Under the pieces are notes generated by a model. It saw only the letters and a program-made list of their open reading frames with translations. It was not told the origin of the DNA and made no database searches. 64,000 bases of DNA, taken from an uncultured Chloroflexia bacterium (GTDB taxonomy: Bacteria > Chloroflexota > Anaerolineae > Anaerolineales > UBA4823). The number at the start of each line of letters is the position of its first letter. The stretch's first letter is position 1. The DNA lies in assembly GCA_963725685.1 (NCBI GenBank), contig CAVRYZ010000006.1:10684-74683 (forward strand). Reading direction: 5' to 3'. The position numbers and the translations under genes are program-made. This document shows, piece after piece, positions 39,876 to 50,165 of this stretch.

Positions 39876-40559
39876 TTAGTTAGCTGTATGTATATGCATC
39901 GTACGCGCTAATTCTTTTACCATGTATTCCTCAAGAACAGCACCTAATATTACTCCTTCACCATCATTAATATTTGTTTGTGGGACGCTGCTGACATTAT
40001 ATCGCAAGGAAATTTCGTAAAACTCGTTGGCCTCGATCATTTCTGCCTGGATTAATGGATTCTCCATGGCCATCTGATGTGCAAGCACCACGGCTTGTGG
40101 ACAATAGGGTCAAGTGGGGGTGACAAAAACTTTTAAAAGAACCGGGGTCCGTATATCCCTTAAGTTGAGACGGGTATCAGGTTTCAAACCCGAATCGCGT
40201 TTTGACACCAGCTCGATCGCGTGGATCAGCGAACCGAATTCGTATCCCGAAGGGAGTCCAGCAAAGCGTACACCGTAATCCAATAGTTCGTCCCGATCAC
40301 GGCTGGCAATAACCAACCCGGGGATGAGACTCACGTTGAATTTTTGGGCGAGCTGCTGGTGATCGTGAATATTATAATGATGGAGACTTAACTTATCTGA
40401 TAATGAGCACAGCTCTTCCAATAATTGCCTGGTCTCAGCGTATGATTCGTCTTCGTTTTGGTTTGTAAAGAATATAATTTCTACCGGATATAGTAAGCGG
40501 GTTTCAAATAAAAGCTTGATCTGTTTTATCAGCTCAGCATTGAGCAGTTTTTCAGGCAT
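39876..40559 (-). CDS. protein-disulfide oxidoreductase (AhpF N-terminal-domain-like), predicted selenoprotein with Sec at TGA 40110-40112
   Basis: Two track ORFs are in frame across a single TGA: VFVTPT-U-PYCPQAVVLAHQMA...; GLPSGYEF and YNVSSVP motifs. Confidence 0.85.
40082..40097 (-). promoter_or_regulatory. candidate bacterial SECIS hairpin
   Basis: CAAGC-CGTGGT-GCTTG stem-loop beginning 12 nt after the UGA. Confidence 0.55.
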
Positions 40560-40610
40560 AGTTTCTCCTCAACTTAATGGTTATCTATAAATCATTCACT
40601 CATCCCATTG

Positions 40611-40636
40611 GATGCTGTCCTGATAAAACGGTTGCA
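40611..40636 (-). promoter_or_regulatory. possible ECF promoter for redox operon
   Basis: TGCAAC-N16-CATC. Confidence 0.35.
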
Positions 40637-40719
40637 TTGTATTTTTAATCGAAGACTCATCTGTCATGTTATAATATTTAATAAGCGTGCATTCGATCTT
40701 TTTTTATCATTCTATTTAG

Positions 40720-42297
40720 ATGAAGACGTCGCGGACAAGGCGTGGTAATTACTCTAAGCGTATCACCAGGGTGTGCATATTCACTCTGGGTATTTTGGTA
40801 TTCCTGGGATTGTTACTGCTCCCATTCGCGGAATCAATTGCCCAGCTGAATCTAAATCGCTATCTACCGGTGATTTTAAATAATGCCAACCCCGGACCGA
40901 CTGATACCTTCACTCCTACGGGTACATTGCCGTCACCGACTATAACGAACACGTTTGGACCATCCCCCACCCATACATTAACCCCTTCTCCAACGTTTAC
41001 CGGCACAATCACCCCTGTACCTTCCATCACCATTTCGGTCTCTCCAGTTGCAGGAGCGAAGGTAGACGAGGTCTTAACCTTTACGATTACGGTAAAAAAT
41101 AGTGGCACCAGTCCAACCCATAACAACATGGTCGTTGACAGTTTCGGAGTATCTTACATCGACGTGACTGACGTTACGACCACAAAAGGCACGGTGGTCA
41201 AACAGACGCGTCAATTCATCGTTACGATTGGGGACGTGTTTCCGGGTGAGATCGTGACAATCATTGCCAAAGTAAAGATTAATGCATCGCTTCCCACCAC
41301 CACAACAACCAACACCAACACGGTAACTTTAACCTACGATACTGGAGCGTCAAAACAAGCCAGCGTTGCATACAAAGTTATCGCTTCAACCTTACCCGCC
41401 ACAGGTGAGCTGCCATTGAATTGGCGTGAGGAAAAGGTAAAACCCCTTGCTTTACTACCGGGGATCATTATCATGGCATTAGGTGGAGTCTCTCTATTTT
41501 TGGTGCTATGGTGGGCGAAAGCACGCGACCCGAAAATAAAGCTGTGGTTGACCGTTGGGGGCGCCTTATTGATTTTGATTGGTTTCGCGGTTGGTTTAAC
41601 AGGTTCCGGTCTGATAAGCCCAATCCAGCAGGCTCAACAATTCATGATGACTCCTACTGCAGATGAAATCATTGCACAGGGTCTACCTTCTGCGACCGTT
41701 TTACCTTATCGTCCAGCCTCAGCATTTTCAACACCGGATAACGTTTTGCCAATTGTGCCTTACGTGACCCTTCCGAATTATCCGATTCCAACACCTGAAA
41801 TCACGGTCACACCACAACCTGGCGAACTCGGACCTGATACGAGTGCGATCATGCGGATTGTCATTCCAGTCATTCAGCTGGATACTGAAGTCAAATATGT
41901 GCCATATGATGGCTTTACCTGGTTGATCACTGGACTGAGACAGGAAGTTGCCTGGATGGGAAACACCTCCTGGCCAGGGTTGGGAAGTAATACCAGCCTG
42001 GCTGGTCACATAACCGTCGCGGGGATGGGCGATGGACCATTCCGCCATCTGGACGCTCTGCCAAACGGTGAGCTGGTGATGTTGTACACGGAGAAGAATA
42101 TATACACCTATCAGGTGCGCGAGAGCAAGGTGACCGATGATGGTGATATGTCAGTCATACTTCCATCCGATAATCCCCAGATTTCGATGATCACATGTGT
42201 AGATTGGGACCAGGAAACACGAACCTATTTGAACCGGCTGGTGGTTTTTGCTGACCTGGTGCGGACAGATCCGATCAGCATCGGTTATGCACCATAA
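40720..42297 (+). CDS. fusion of DUF11-like surface domain with LPxTG signal to a class F-like sortase
   Basis: Signal peptide; LTFTITVKNSG; LPATG + TM + basic loop + TM; LAGH...MITC...NR sortase triad. Confidence 0.85.
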   Translation: MKTSRTRRGNYSKRITRVCIFTLGILVFLGLLLLPFAESIAQLNLNRYLPVILNNANPGPTDTFTPTGTLPSPTITNTFGPSPTHTLTPSPTFTGTITPVPSITISVSPVAGAKVDEVLTFTITVKNSGTSPTHNNMVVDSFGVSYIDVTDVTTTKGTVVKQTRQFIVTIGDVFPGEIVTIIAKVKINASLPTTTTTNTNTVTLTYDTGASKQASVAYKVIASTLPATGELPLNWREEKVKPLALLPGIIIMALGGVSLFLVLWWAKARDPKIKLWLTVGGALLILIGFAVGLTGSGLISPIQQAQQFMMTPTADEIIAQGLPSATVLPYRPASAFSTPDNVLPIVPYVTLPNYPIPTPEITVTPQPGELGPDTSAIMRIVIPVIQLDTEVKYVPYDGFTWLITGLRQEVAWMGNTSWPGLGSNTSLAGHITVAGMGDGPFRHLDALPNGELVMLYTEKNIYTYQVRESKVTDDGDMSVILPSDNPQISMITCVDWDQETRTYLNRLVVFADLVRTDPISIGYAP

Positions 42298-42321
42298 CCA
42301 AATTTGCTCAGTAATCACAAG

Positions 42322-42353
42322 AGCGCTGGACGCAGCTTCCGGCGTTTTTTTTT
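42322..42353 (+). terminator. intrinsic terminator after sortase fusion
   Basis: GCGCTGGA...TCCGGCGT stem (G-U pairs) followed by T run. Confidence 0.55.
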
Positions 42354-43947
42354 ATTCCAGCTCAGAATAAACCCATTCACCGCCAACCATCGTTGCCACT
42401 GGATGAACGTCCAATAGTGCCTCGGGAGCGCATGAAAATGGATCGGCGTTTAAGACAAGCAGATCGGCAAGATAGCCAGGGGCAAGCTTGCCAAGCCGAT
42501 CTTCCATTCCAGCAGCATAGGCGGGGCCAGTTATATAAGCCTGGAGAGCTTCCTCAACACGCAAGCATTGCTCTGGGTACCAACCACTAATAGAAGGTGT
42601 ACCATCCGCTCGTCTGCGGGTGACAGCGGCATGAATCCCCCAGAACGGGTTGGGAGACTCCACCGGTGCATCCGAGCCAAAAACCAGGCAGGTATGGTGC
42701 GCTAATTGACTGCGCCATGCATAGGCATAAGCAGACCTGTCACCCCAACAACGGTCAGACATTAGCATATCAGAGGTTGCATGAATGGGTTGCATGGAGG
42801 CAATGATATTCAGTTCCGAGAAGCGGTGGATATCATCCGGGTGGATGACCTGGACATGCTCAATGCGGTGGCGAAAGTAATTTTTGGAAAGGGTGGGTAT
42901 TGAGCGTTCGAAATCCCTCACTTTCGCATAGGCATCAAGGACGGCGCGATTAGCCCGGTCACCAATCGCATGCACTGCCAGGCTAAGACCATTTAGAACG
43001 GCAAGTTTTCCATGTTCAAGGATCGTCTCGGTATCCATCATCAACATGCCCTGGTTCAGGGGTTCATCAGTATATGGCTGATGCATAGCCGCGGTATGTG
43101 GACCCAGGGCACCATCTGCAAACATTTTCACCGATCCGATTCGCAGCAGGTCATCACCGAAACCTGAGTGCAACCCAATTTCCACGGCATGGGGTAAATC
43201 TTCCAAATGGATGCTCTTTTGCACCCTGAATTTAAGCGCCTGCTGCTGATGAAGGACTTGTAAGGCAGAAAAACATTGGCGATGGTCGAAGTCATGTGCA
43301 CCGGTGAGACCTATCTGCCAGAGCACGGGTATAGAAAGCTGTAAGGCATGTACCACTTGTTCCACATTTGGTGCAGGAATCACCGCTTCAATTAGCCCCA
43401 TAGCTGCTTCGAACAAAACACCATCCGGATCACCGTTTGAGAGGCGTCCAATCCGCCCATCCTGGGGGTCAGCGTCATCATGGGTGATTCCAGCCATGTG
43501 GATGGCACTGGAATTCGCCCAACCGCAGTGGAGTGATTTGTGGGTCAGGTAGACAGGATTGTCGGGAGCAGTCCTGTCCAGGAGGGCTGCAGTTCCGTAA
43601 CCTTCGACCCAATTATTTTGGTTCCAACCATGACCCAGGATCCATTCACCAGCAGGGGTGATCTGCGCACGTTTTGCGATGCGTTGCAGGCACTCCTGAC
43701 GGGTTGATGTTTCACAATCAATCTTTTGCAGGCTTAAGGCATATTCTTCCAGATGGATATGGGCATCGGTGAGACCTGGAATGACCGTCCGGCCTCCGGC
43801 ATTTACAATATTTGGCGTGGAAAATGAAGAAAGGATTTCATCATCTGAACCAAGCGCGATCACAATGCCATGATCAATGGCAAGTGCGGTTGCTAGAGGA
43901 TGATTGGAATCGAAGGTATGGAGGTTGCCATTATGGATGAGACGCAT
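42352..43947 (-). CDS. amidohydrolase (YtcJ-like)
   Basis: PGLTDAHIH, HAIGD, RIEH, GSDAPV, GKLAPGYLADL. Confidence 0.92.
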   Translation of the reverse strand: MRLIHNGNLHTFDSNHPLATALAIDHGIVIALGSDDEILSSFSTPNIVNAGGRTVIPGLTDAHIHLEEYALSLQKIDCETSTRQECLQRIAKRAQITPAGEWILGHGWNQNNWVEGYGTAALLDRTAPDNPVYLTHKSLHCGWANSSAIHMAGITHDDADPQDGRIGRLSNGDPDGVLFEAAMGLIEAVIPAPNVEQVVHALQLSIPVLWQIGLTGAHDFDHRQCFSALQVLHQQQALKFRVQKSIHLEDLPHAVEIGLHSGFGDDLLRIGSVKMFADGALGPHTAAMHQPYTDEPLNQGMLMMDTETILEHGKLAVLNGLSLAVHAIGDRANRAVLDAYAKVRDFERSIPTLSKNYFRHRIEHVQVIHPDDIHRFSELNIIASMQPIHATSDMLMSDRCWGDRSAYAYAWRSQLAHHTCLVFGSDAPVESPNPFWGIHAAVTRRRADGTPSISGWYPEQCLRVEEALQAYITGPAYAAGMEDRLGKLAPGYLADLLVLNADPFSCAPEALLDVHPVATMVGGEWVYSELE

Positions 43948-43957
43948 ACGCGGCCAG

Positions 43958-44836
43958 TCACTCACTCTGACCAAGGATGCGTAAGATCAATGCATCCAAC
44001 TCCTCATCGGAATAATAATGGATGACGAGGGTGCCACCTTTATTTCGAGGGCGTAAATTGACCTTTGTCCCCAGGCGTTCGCGCAGTCGTTCCTCGAGGA
44101 ACGTCACATCAGGCTTTGGAGTGGGTTTCTCGGGGGTTGGTGGTCGTTGACCGAGAAATTTACGCACCAGATCTTCTGTTTTCCGGACGTTCAGTTCGTG
44201 TTTGAGGATTGTCTGAAGCACAGCCGATTGCGCTTGTGGGTTTGGCAGGCTGAGCAAAACCCGGGCGTGCCCTTCGCTAATATTACCACTGGCAAGCGCC
44301 TGGCGTACATCATCAGGCAGCTTGAGCAGGCGTAATGTATTGGTGATAGCGACCCGACTCTTCCCCAGCTGTTGTGCGATTTGCTCATGCGAAAGGCTAA
44401 AATCATCCACCAGCTGGCGGTAGGCTTCAGCAGCCTCCAATGGGGTAAGGTCTGCTCGCTGAACGTTTTCGATGAGTGCCAGTTCAAGGCGTTGTTGGTC
44501 TGAGGCTTCACGCACGATAACTGGCACAGTTTCAAGCCCTGCCATACCAGCAGCTAAAAGACGCCGTTCACCTGCAATCAGTATATACATATTCGGCTCA
44601 TCAGTTGGGCTGACGATGAGAGGTTGTAAAATGCCGTTCTCGCGGATAGAAGCTGCCAGCTCAGCCAATTCTTCCTGATCCATCTGAGAACGTGGTTGGC
44701 GTGGGTTGCGGCCGATATTAGCGATGGGCAATGTCTCGAAGCCGCTTGAGGCTGTAGTTGTGGGAGATTCTGGTGCGAATTCTCCTCCGGGAATGAGGGC
44801 ATCGAGCCCTCTACCTAGACCAGTTTTTTTTGTCAT
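43958..44836 (-). CDS. parB: chromosome partitioning protein ParB/Spo0J
   Basis: GLGRGL, NPRQPR, AGERR, ENVQRADL, HTH SRVAITNTLRLL. Confidence 0.96.
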   Translation of the reverse strand: MTKKTGLGRGLDALIPGGEFAPESPTTTASSGFETLPIANIGRNPRQPRSQMDQEELAELAASIRENGILQPLIVSPTDEPNMYILIAGERRLLAAGMAGLETVPVIVREASDQQRLELALIENVQRADLTPLEAAEAYRQLVDDFSLSHEQIAQQLGKSRVAITNTLRLLKLPDDVRQALASGNISEGHARVLLSLPNPQAQSAVLQTILKHELNVRKTEDLVRKFLGQRPPTPEKPTPKPDVTFLEERLRERLGTKVNLRPRNKGGTLVIHYYSDEELDALILRILGQSE

Positions 44837-45642
44837 TCTGTGCTCACCAGGGTTTGAATCGGTTCAGGAAGCAATACACCGTCACCCACCAGGATCTCAC
44901 GGGCCAGGTTTGAATAAGCAATCGCACCATTTGAGCCAGGAGCGTATACTGAGATTGGCTGCCCATAAGAAGGCGCTTCTGCCAGGCGGACCGAGCGCGG
45001 TATGATCGTAGAAAAAACCTGGCTGGGAAAGTGACGATTGATTTCACGGACGACATCCGCACTCAGCTTGGTTCGGACATCGAACATGGTCAAGATGACA
45101 CCGCGTATATGGAGTGTGGGGAAAAGTGCAGAGCGAATGCGTGATAAAGTCTGATTGAGCTGCCCGATACCTTCCAGCGCTAAATATTCGCATTGAACTG
45201 GGATTAATACGCCATCCTTGGCAGCTACGACACCATTCAAGGTGAGTAATCCAAGCGAAGGCGGACAATCGATAAGAATATAATCGTAGCGGTCGACAAC
45301 CGGCTGTAGGGCTTCTTTTAATCTAGTTTCACGGGCGATCACCGGAACGAGCTCAACTTCAGCTCCTGCCAGGGCAGGGGATGATGGCAGGAGGGACAAT
45401 TTCAGGCGTTGGTTAAATAGAATATTTTTAATCGCAGGTGTCGCACCGATAATAACATCGTAAACACTATTTTTTACCGTTCGTTTGTCAATTCCCAAAC
45501 AAGAAGAAGCATTAGCTTGTGGATCCAAGTCAACCAAAAGGATGCGCTGACCCAGACTTGCCATGAAAGCGCCCAGATTGACCGCGGTGGTTGTTTTTCC
45601 TACGCCGCCTTTCTGGTTGGCAATCGTATAGATCCGCCCCAT
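44833..45642 (-). CDS. parA: chromosome partitioning ATPase ParA/Soj
   Basis: NQKGGVGKTTT, DLDPQAN, DCPPSLG, EAPSYG. Confidence 0.96.
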   Translation of the reverse strand: MGRIYTIANQKGGVGKTTTAVNLGAFMASLGQRILLVDLDPQANASSCLGIDKRTVKNSVYDVIIGATPAIKNILFNQRLKLSLLPSSPALAGAEVELVPVIARETRLKEALQPVVDRYDYILIDCPPSLGLLTLNGVVAAKDGVLIPVQCEYLALEGIGQLNQTLSRIRSALFPTLHIRGVILTMFDVRTKLSADVVREINRHFPSQVFSTIIPRSVRLAEAPSYGQPISVYAPGSNGAIAYSNLAREILVGDGVLLPEPIQTLVSTE

Positions 45643-46490
45643 TAAAGTACCTCGATCAAGTATTCCTGGATTTCCTCAGGCGTTGGTATCCCTTCCAGGC
45701 CTCTGCGAGTGACTGATACGGCAGCGATTTGGTTGGCGAAGCGTGCCGATTCCCATGGGTCGCGGGTCAGGTAAAGGCGGGTGAAGAAAGCGGCTGCAAA
45801 TATATCTCCTGCGCCGGTCGAATCTACCTCAACCTCCTGAGGTGGCCTGAACCGCCGGACATCACCATTCCAGTAAACCCTCGCACCGGCAGCACCCTCG
45901 GTAATTACCAAAATGCGGGAAGCAGCAGCCATTTCTTCGATGCGTGATTCATCATTCTGCACATCTTCAACGCTTAATATTGCTGCACCAGATTGCTGCA
46001 GGGTGAAGGCAGCCTCTGGCCATTCTGTTGGTCTGACATGGCCATTCTCATCCCAGGCACGCAACCACCCCTGTGGGGTGATCCCTACCAAAGCGTTGGG
46101 AAAATGCCTTACCAATCCTGGCTCAACCTCCTGGGCCACGGGACCCAGATGTACAATTGGGGCTTGCCTCCAGGGTTCGGGGATGAGGTGATAATCCAGG
46201 CTTGGTGCAATGGTATGGACGACTTGAATTCGTCCCTTATCAGTGTAAATGTTTTCAAACGTGGTCGAATGTTCAGCAGGGTAACTGATGATAGGAATAT
46301 GTTTTAAATTACCCAGGGGTAATTCTCCTCCCCAGGAGGTTACAATCCCTACACGAAGGCCAAGTGCATGGGCAGTTAATCCAGCATACGCAGCAGTCCC
46401 GCCGATGCGCGGGCCTGATGGTGTCAGATCATAGGTCAGATGACCGATGATCAGGTAGTTAATGGGTTCGAGTGGGGCAAGGCTGAACAT
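45642..46490 (-). CDS. PfkB-family carbohydrate kinase
   Basis: GGTAAY and DSTGAGD motifs. Confidence 0.88.
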   Translation of the reverse strand: MFSLAPLEPINYLIIGHLTYDLTPSGPRIGGTAAYAGLTAHALGLRVGIVTSWGGELPLGNLKHIPIISYPAEHSTTFENIYTDKGRIQVVHTIAPSLDYHLIPEPWRQAPIVHLGPVAQEVEPGLVRHFPNALVGITPQGWLRAWDENGHVRPTEWPEAAFTLQQSGAAILSVEDVQNDESRIEEMAAASRILVITEGAAGARVYWNGDVRRFRPPQEVEVDSTGAGDIFAAAFFTRLYLTRDPWESARFANQIAAVSVTRRGLEGIPTPEEIQEYLIEVL

Positions 46491-46510
46491 GGATAAATTA
46501 TACCTGAAAT

Positions 46511-46551
46511 AAAAAGGATGCTGTCTGGTCTATCAAAACAGCATCCTTTTT
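46511..46551 (-). terminator. intrinsic terminator after jag
   Basis: AAAAAGGATGCTGT...ACAGCATCCTTTTT perfect inverted repeat. Confidence 0.75.
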
Positions 46552-46558
46552 ATAATAT

Positions 46559-47335
46559 TTACTCTTTTGGTATGATCGTTATTTTTCGATGGGGTTCTTC
46601 CCCGAAGCTCTCGGTGGTCACATGAGAATCATCCCGCAGCTCCATGTGAATGATGCGACGTTCATTGGGAGGCATGGGTTCGAGAGTCTGTTTACGCCCT
46701 GTTTTAATGGCCTGTTCAGCGATGCGGTGGGCAAGCTGGCGCAGCTGGCGATCGCGCCGTGAACGATAGCCTTCCACATCAATCACCAGGGTGATATTTT
46801 CTCCTAGCTCTTTGCTGACGATCAGACGGGCAATATACTGCAATGCATTCAGGGTTTCGGATCGTTTACCAATCAGGACGCTTAAATCTTTGCCTGAAAT
46901 ATCGACTAATATTGCACGTGTTCCCCTCACCTCATCGACCTCACCGTAGGAAGCTTCTACCTGAGCGTCAATATGCATTTTTACCAGCAGCTCACTGACT
47001 GTCTCCTGGGCGACATGTAAAGGAATCTGCTCCTTCGCATTTGAGGCGGGGATCCGAATAGGTTTCACCGTCGACTCTTCCTCGGCTTCGTCCGCGTAAG
47101 TTGATTCGCTTGGAGTGGACGTTACTTCTGTCTCTGTGGAATCTGGCACGTTTTTCTTGACGATCAAGCGAACACGTGCCTGATGAGAGCCTAATCCGAA
47201 CAATCCTCGGCCACCTTCATCAAGAATTTCTATATCAACAGCATCCCGGCTTAACTCCAACTCGGCTAAACCTTTCTCGATAGCCTCATTGATGGTAGGG
47301 GCAATGATTTCAAGGGTCGCATGTTGTGAATTCAT
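46559..47335 (-). CDS. jag: RNA-binding protein Jag/KhpB (Jag_N-KH-R3H)
   Basis: GLFGLG, LIGKRSETLNALQ, ERRIIH, SFGEEPHR. Confidence 0.95.
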   Translation of the reverse strand: MNSQHATLEIIAPTINEAIEKGLAELELSRDAVDIEILDEGGRGLFGLGSHQARVRLIVKKNVPDSTETEVTSTPSESTYADEAEEESTVKPIRIPASNAKEQIPLHVAQETVSELLVKMHIDAQVEASYGEVDEVRGTRAILVDISGKDLSVLIGKRSETLNALQYIARLIVSKELGENITLVIDVEGYRSRRDRQLRQLAHRIAEQAIKTGRKQTLEPMPPNERRIIHMELRDDSHVTTESFGEEPHRKITIIPKE

Positions 47336-47362
47336 AGGTTTATCTCTGTATTAATTAACGAC

Positions 47363-48187
47363 TTATTTTGTAGATTTCGCAGCCGCGATTTTTTTCTTGG
47401 GTAACAAGTTGCTCCAATGGATTTTACCCATGGCGGCATACTGGGCAATACCCAAGACATTACTGACGATAAAGTAGAGCGCCAGCCCAGAGGAGAGGGT
47501 AAGAGAAATCCAACCCATGATGAGGGGCATATACAAATTCATCATCTTCGACATCTGTGCACCCTGATCTGAAGGATTGGCCGGTGGTGGGGTCATCAAT
47601 TTGGATTGCAGGTAAGTAGTGACGACCACAATGATGGTCAGGATAGGTATTGCTGCTCCGATTAGCGGAAGTGAAAAGGGGAGTGGAATCAACGGCGTAG
47701 CTGTCTCTGGAAGACCCAGGTTCAGCCATAAGAACTTGCTGTTTAATGGGATGAGCTGGGCGGCAGGAATGAAGGAATATAGAGATCGGCTGAGGTTTAG
47801 CAATTGTATCGGTGCGGCCGCCATAGCTAACGAGATGGATTGGTAAAGACCGATCATGATGGGGAATTGGATGAGTAATGGTAAGCAAGAACCAAGCGGG
47901 TTGATCCCCATCTCCTTGTAAATGTTCATCTGTTCCTGAGACAGCTTCTGTTTATCATCCTTATACTTCTTTTGGATCTCCTGCCACTTCTTTGACCCTT
48001 GAAGTTCCTGCATTTTAGACTGGCTCTTCAGCTGTTGGGCTGTGAGAGGGTATGTGATCAGGCGGATGACGATGGTAAAGACAATGATCGCAAGTCCGAA
48101 ATTATGGAAGAGTAAGTTATAAATCCATATCAGGACATTGACCATCGGTTCGAGAATGATTGAGTTCCAAATGAGTGTGAACGACAT
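47363..48187 (-). CDS. yidC: membrane protein insertase YidC (short form)
   Basis: GLAIIVFTIVIR, NPLGSCLPLLIQFPI, GLALY...SN. Confidence 0.95.
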   Translation of the reverse strand: MSFTLIWNSIILEPMVNVLIWIYNLLFHNFGLAIIVFTIVIRLITYPLTAQQLKSQSKMQELQGSKKWQEIQKKYKDDKQKLSQEQMNIYKEMGINPLGSCLPLLIQFPIMIGLYQSISLAMAAAPIQLLNLSRSLYSFIPAAQLIPLNSKFLWLNLGLPETATPLIPLPFSLPLIGAAIPILTIIVVVTTYLQSKLMTPPPANPSDQGAQMSKMMNLYMPLIMGWISLTLSSGLALYFIVSNVLGIAQYAAMGKIHWSNLLPKKKIAAAKSTK

Positions 48188-48221
48188 GTGGGATTTTCTC
48201 CGTATTTACTAACTAATACCA

Positions 48222-49292
48222 TTATTTGGCAGGTCTGAAGGGCCACTTCTGTGTGCCATTCAGATCCATAGCAACCAGCAACGAATCAAATCCAGTGGGT
48301 GCTACCAGGATTGTATCGCCAACGATAAACGGTGATGAATATATCAATCCACCAATTATCGGGCTGCTTATAATATCTCCGGCTGTGCTTACAATGGCTA
48401 GGGCATCCGTCTCGGTTGTAAAATATAGATTATCTCCTGCCAGCGCGGGTGTATTAACAATTGCCTTCGGGCGTTGGATTCTCCATAAAGAGGTGCCGTT
48501 CGTTGCATCCAGGCTATAGAAATACCCGGATAAGTCTCCAAAAAATAAGGAATTATCGGCTAATATCGGTCCAGACCAGACCCAATCCTCGGTGGCGAAA
48601 CGCCATTTAATGGATCCATCGTTCGTACTCATGGCGATCATCTCTTTACCAAACGTGCCAGCATAGAGAGTTCCATCCGTAGCTATTGCAGGTGTACCCA
48701 CCAGCGCACCACCTAAATCAGTCTCCCATTTCTTTACCCCGGTCAGAGCGTCTAGAGAATACACTTTATGATCCATCGAGACAACATAAATACAACCACA
48801 AGTCGGATCCGTTGCTGGTTGAGCCCATATCGGTCCACCGGTTGTAAAATCCCAAACCAGCTGACCTGACATATTAATTGCGTAAACCTTCCAATCTGAT
48901 GAAGGTTGGTAGATCATATTTTTTGTAGCCAGGGGACTAGCTACCAGGCGATTGGTTGACTCAGCGAAGAGCACCTTACCGGCACCCGTCGCAGGGTCGA
49001 TGGAATAAAGTTTGTGATCATAACTTGGAACAAGTAACTGCCCATCCTCGGTAAGAACGGGATTGGCATAAAAAGCAATTTTTGCGTCGAGTTTAAGTGG
49101 AAAGCGCCACTTCTCAGTTCCAGTTTTCAAATCCACTGCATACACCTGGTTCCCCGCCGCAAGGTAGGCAACCTCAGAGCTGGCAGTCAGTCCATGCCAA
49201 CCGGTGGAAGCATAGATTGTGCTGCTGCACGAGGAGATAAATATGCTTAATAATATCAATATGCTGATCAAGATTATTTTTTTTGATTTCAT
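48222..49292 (-). CDS. PQQ-like beta-propeller lipoprotein (BamB-like repeats)
   Basis: ISSC lipobox; repeated Y(A/S)LD..TG..KW motifs. Confidence 0.85.
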   Translation of the reverse strand: MKSKKIILISILILLSIFISSCSSTIYASTGWHGLTASSEVAYLAAGNQVYAVDLKTGTEKWRFPLKLDAKIAFYANPVLTEDGQLLVPSYDHKLYSIDPATGAGKVLFAESTNRLVASPLATKNMIYQPSSDWKVYAINMSGQLVWDFTTGGPIWAQPATDPTCGCIYVVSMDHKVYSLDALTGVKKWETDLGGALVGTPAIATDGTLYAGTFGKEMIAMSTNDGSIKWRFATEDWVWSGPILADNSLFFGDLSGYFYSLDATNGTSLWRIQRPKAIVNTPALAGDNLYFTTETDALAIVSTAGDIISSPIIGGLIYSSPFIVGDTILVAPTGFDSLLVAMDLNGTQKWPFRPAK

Positions 49293-49304
49293 CGGTTATC
49301 TTTT

Positions 49305-49598
49305 CTACGGTACAGGATCAAATCCGCCTTGGTTGAATGGATTGCAGCGTAATACACGCCAGGCAGCCATCAGACTGCCTTTAATAGCCCCAAATTTATA
49401 GATTGCCTGGTAGCCATAGTGCGAACAGGATGGATAAAAACGGCAAGTTCCTTCAGGCAGGGTGCGTGAAATGGTCATTTGATAAAGACGTATCAGTGCC
49501 AATAATGATATACGTGGCAGGTTCCAAAAAGTTATAGGCAGATCGCGTAATCGAGGTTCGATCTGGCTTTCTGTTTCATGTGAAGTGTCGTTATTCAT
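49305..49598 (-). CDS. yidD: membrane protein insertion efficiency factor YidD
   Basis: [10 protein letters not shown] and RCNPF..GGFDPVP. Confidence 0.95.
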   Translation of the reverse strand: MNNDTSHETESQIEPRLRDLPITFWNLPRISLLALIRLYQMTISRTLPEGTCRFYPSCSHYGYQAIYKFGAIKGSLMAAWRVLRCNPFNQGGFDPVP

Positions 49599-49938
49599 TG
49601 CTCTTATTAATCAAATTTGCTTTTAAAAAGAGCTGGTGCAGGGCATCATTGATTTCTGTCAGATTTGCGTTGTGGATGGGATTTCGTGATATCAGAATGA
49701 CCTTCCAACCTGGATGTACCAGGGGTAGAATGGGTCGCAGACCTTCTCGAATCAATCGCTTGGCTCGATTCCTCTGAACTGCATTACCCACTGACCTGCC
49801 AGCCGTCACTCCAAAACGAGTGGGCATTCCATCCACGGGCAGAACAACCAACACAATTAGCGGGTGAGCATAAGACTTTCCAGAACGCCTCACCCGCTTG
49901 AAGTCTGTTGATTGCGTCAGACGGAAATTGCGGTTCAC
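49591..49938 (-). CDS. rnpA: RNase P protein component
   Basis: RL....[12 protein letters not shown]. Confidence 0.95.
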   Translation of the reverse strand: MNRNFRLTQSTDFKRVRRSGKSYAHPLIVLVVLPVDGMPTRFGVTAGRSVGNAVQRNRAKRLIREGLRPILPLVHPGWKVILISRNPIHNANLTEINDALHQLFLKANLINKSNE

Positions 49939-50111
49939 CCACGCCAGTTGATCTTCTTAACGTGATTATTCTTTATGACGGATAGACGATAGCGCCCTTT
50001 AAGACGACGGGCTTGTAAAACCTTCCTCCCATCAGCAGTTGACATTCGTTGCCGGAACCCATGCACGCGTAGTCGGCGACGAATTTTTGGTTGATAAGTT
50101 CGCTTTGGCAT
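49935..50111 (-). CDS. rpmH: 50S ribosomal protein L34 (missed by ORF track)
   Basis: Manual translation [45 protein letters not shown]...; GTGA overlap with rnpA. Confidence 0.97.
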   Translation of the reverse strand: MPKRTYQPKIRRRLRVHGFRQRMSTADGRKVLQARRLKGRYRLSVIKNNHVKKINWRG

Positions 50112-50165
50112 TCTATGTTACCTAAATCCTTTGAGTAAATTAACCGGTTGATTAAACGATTGTGG

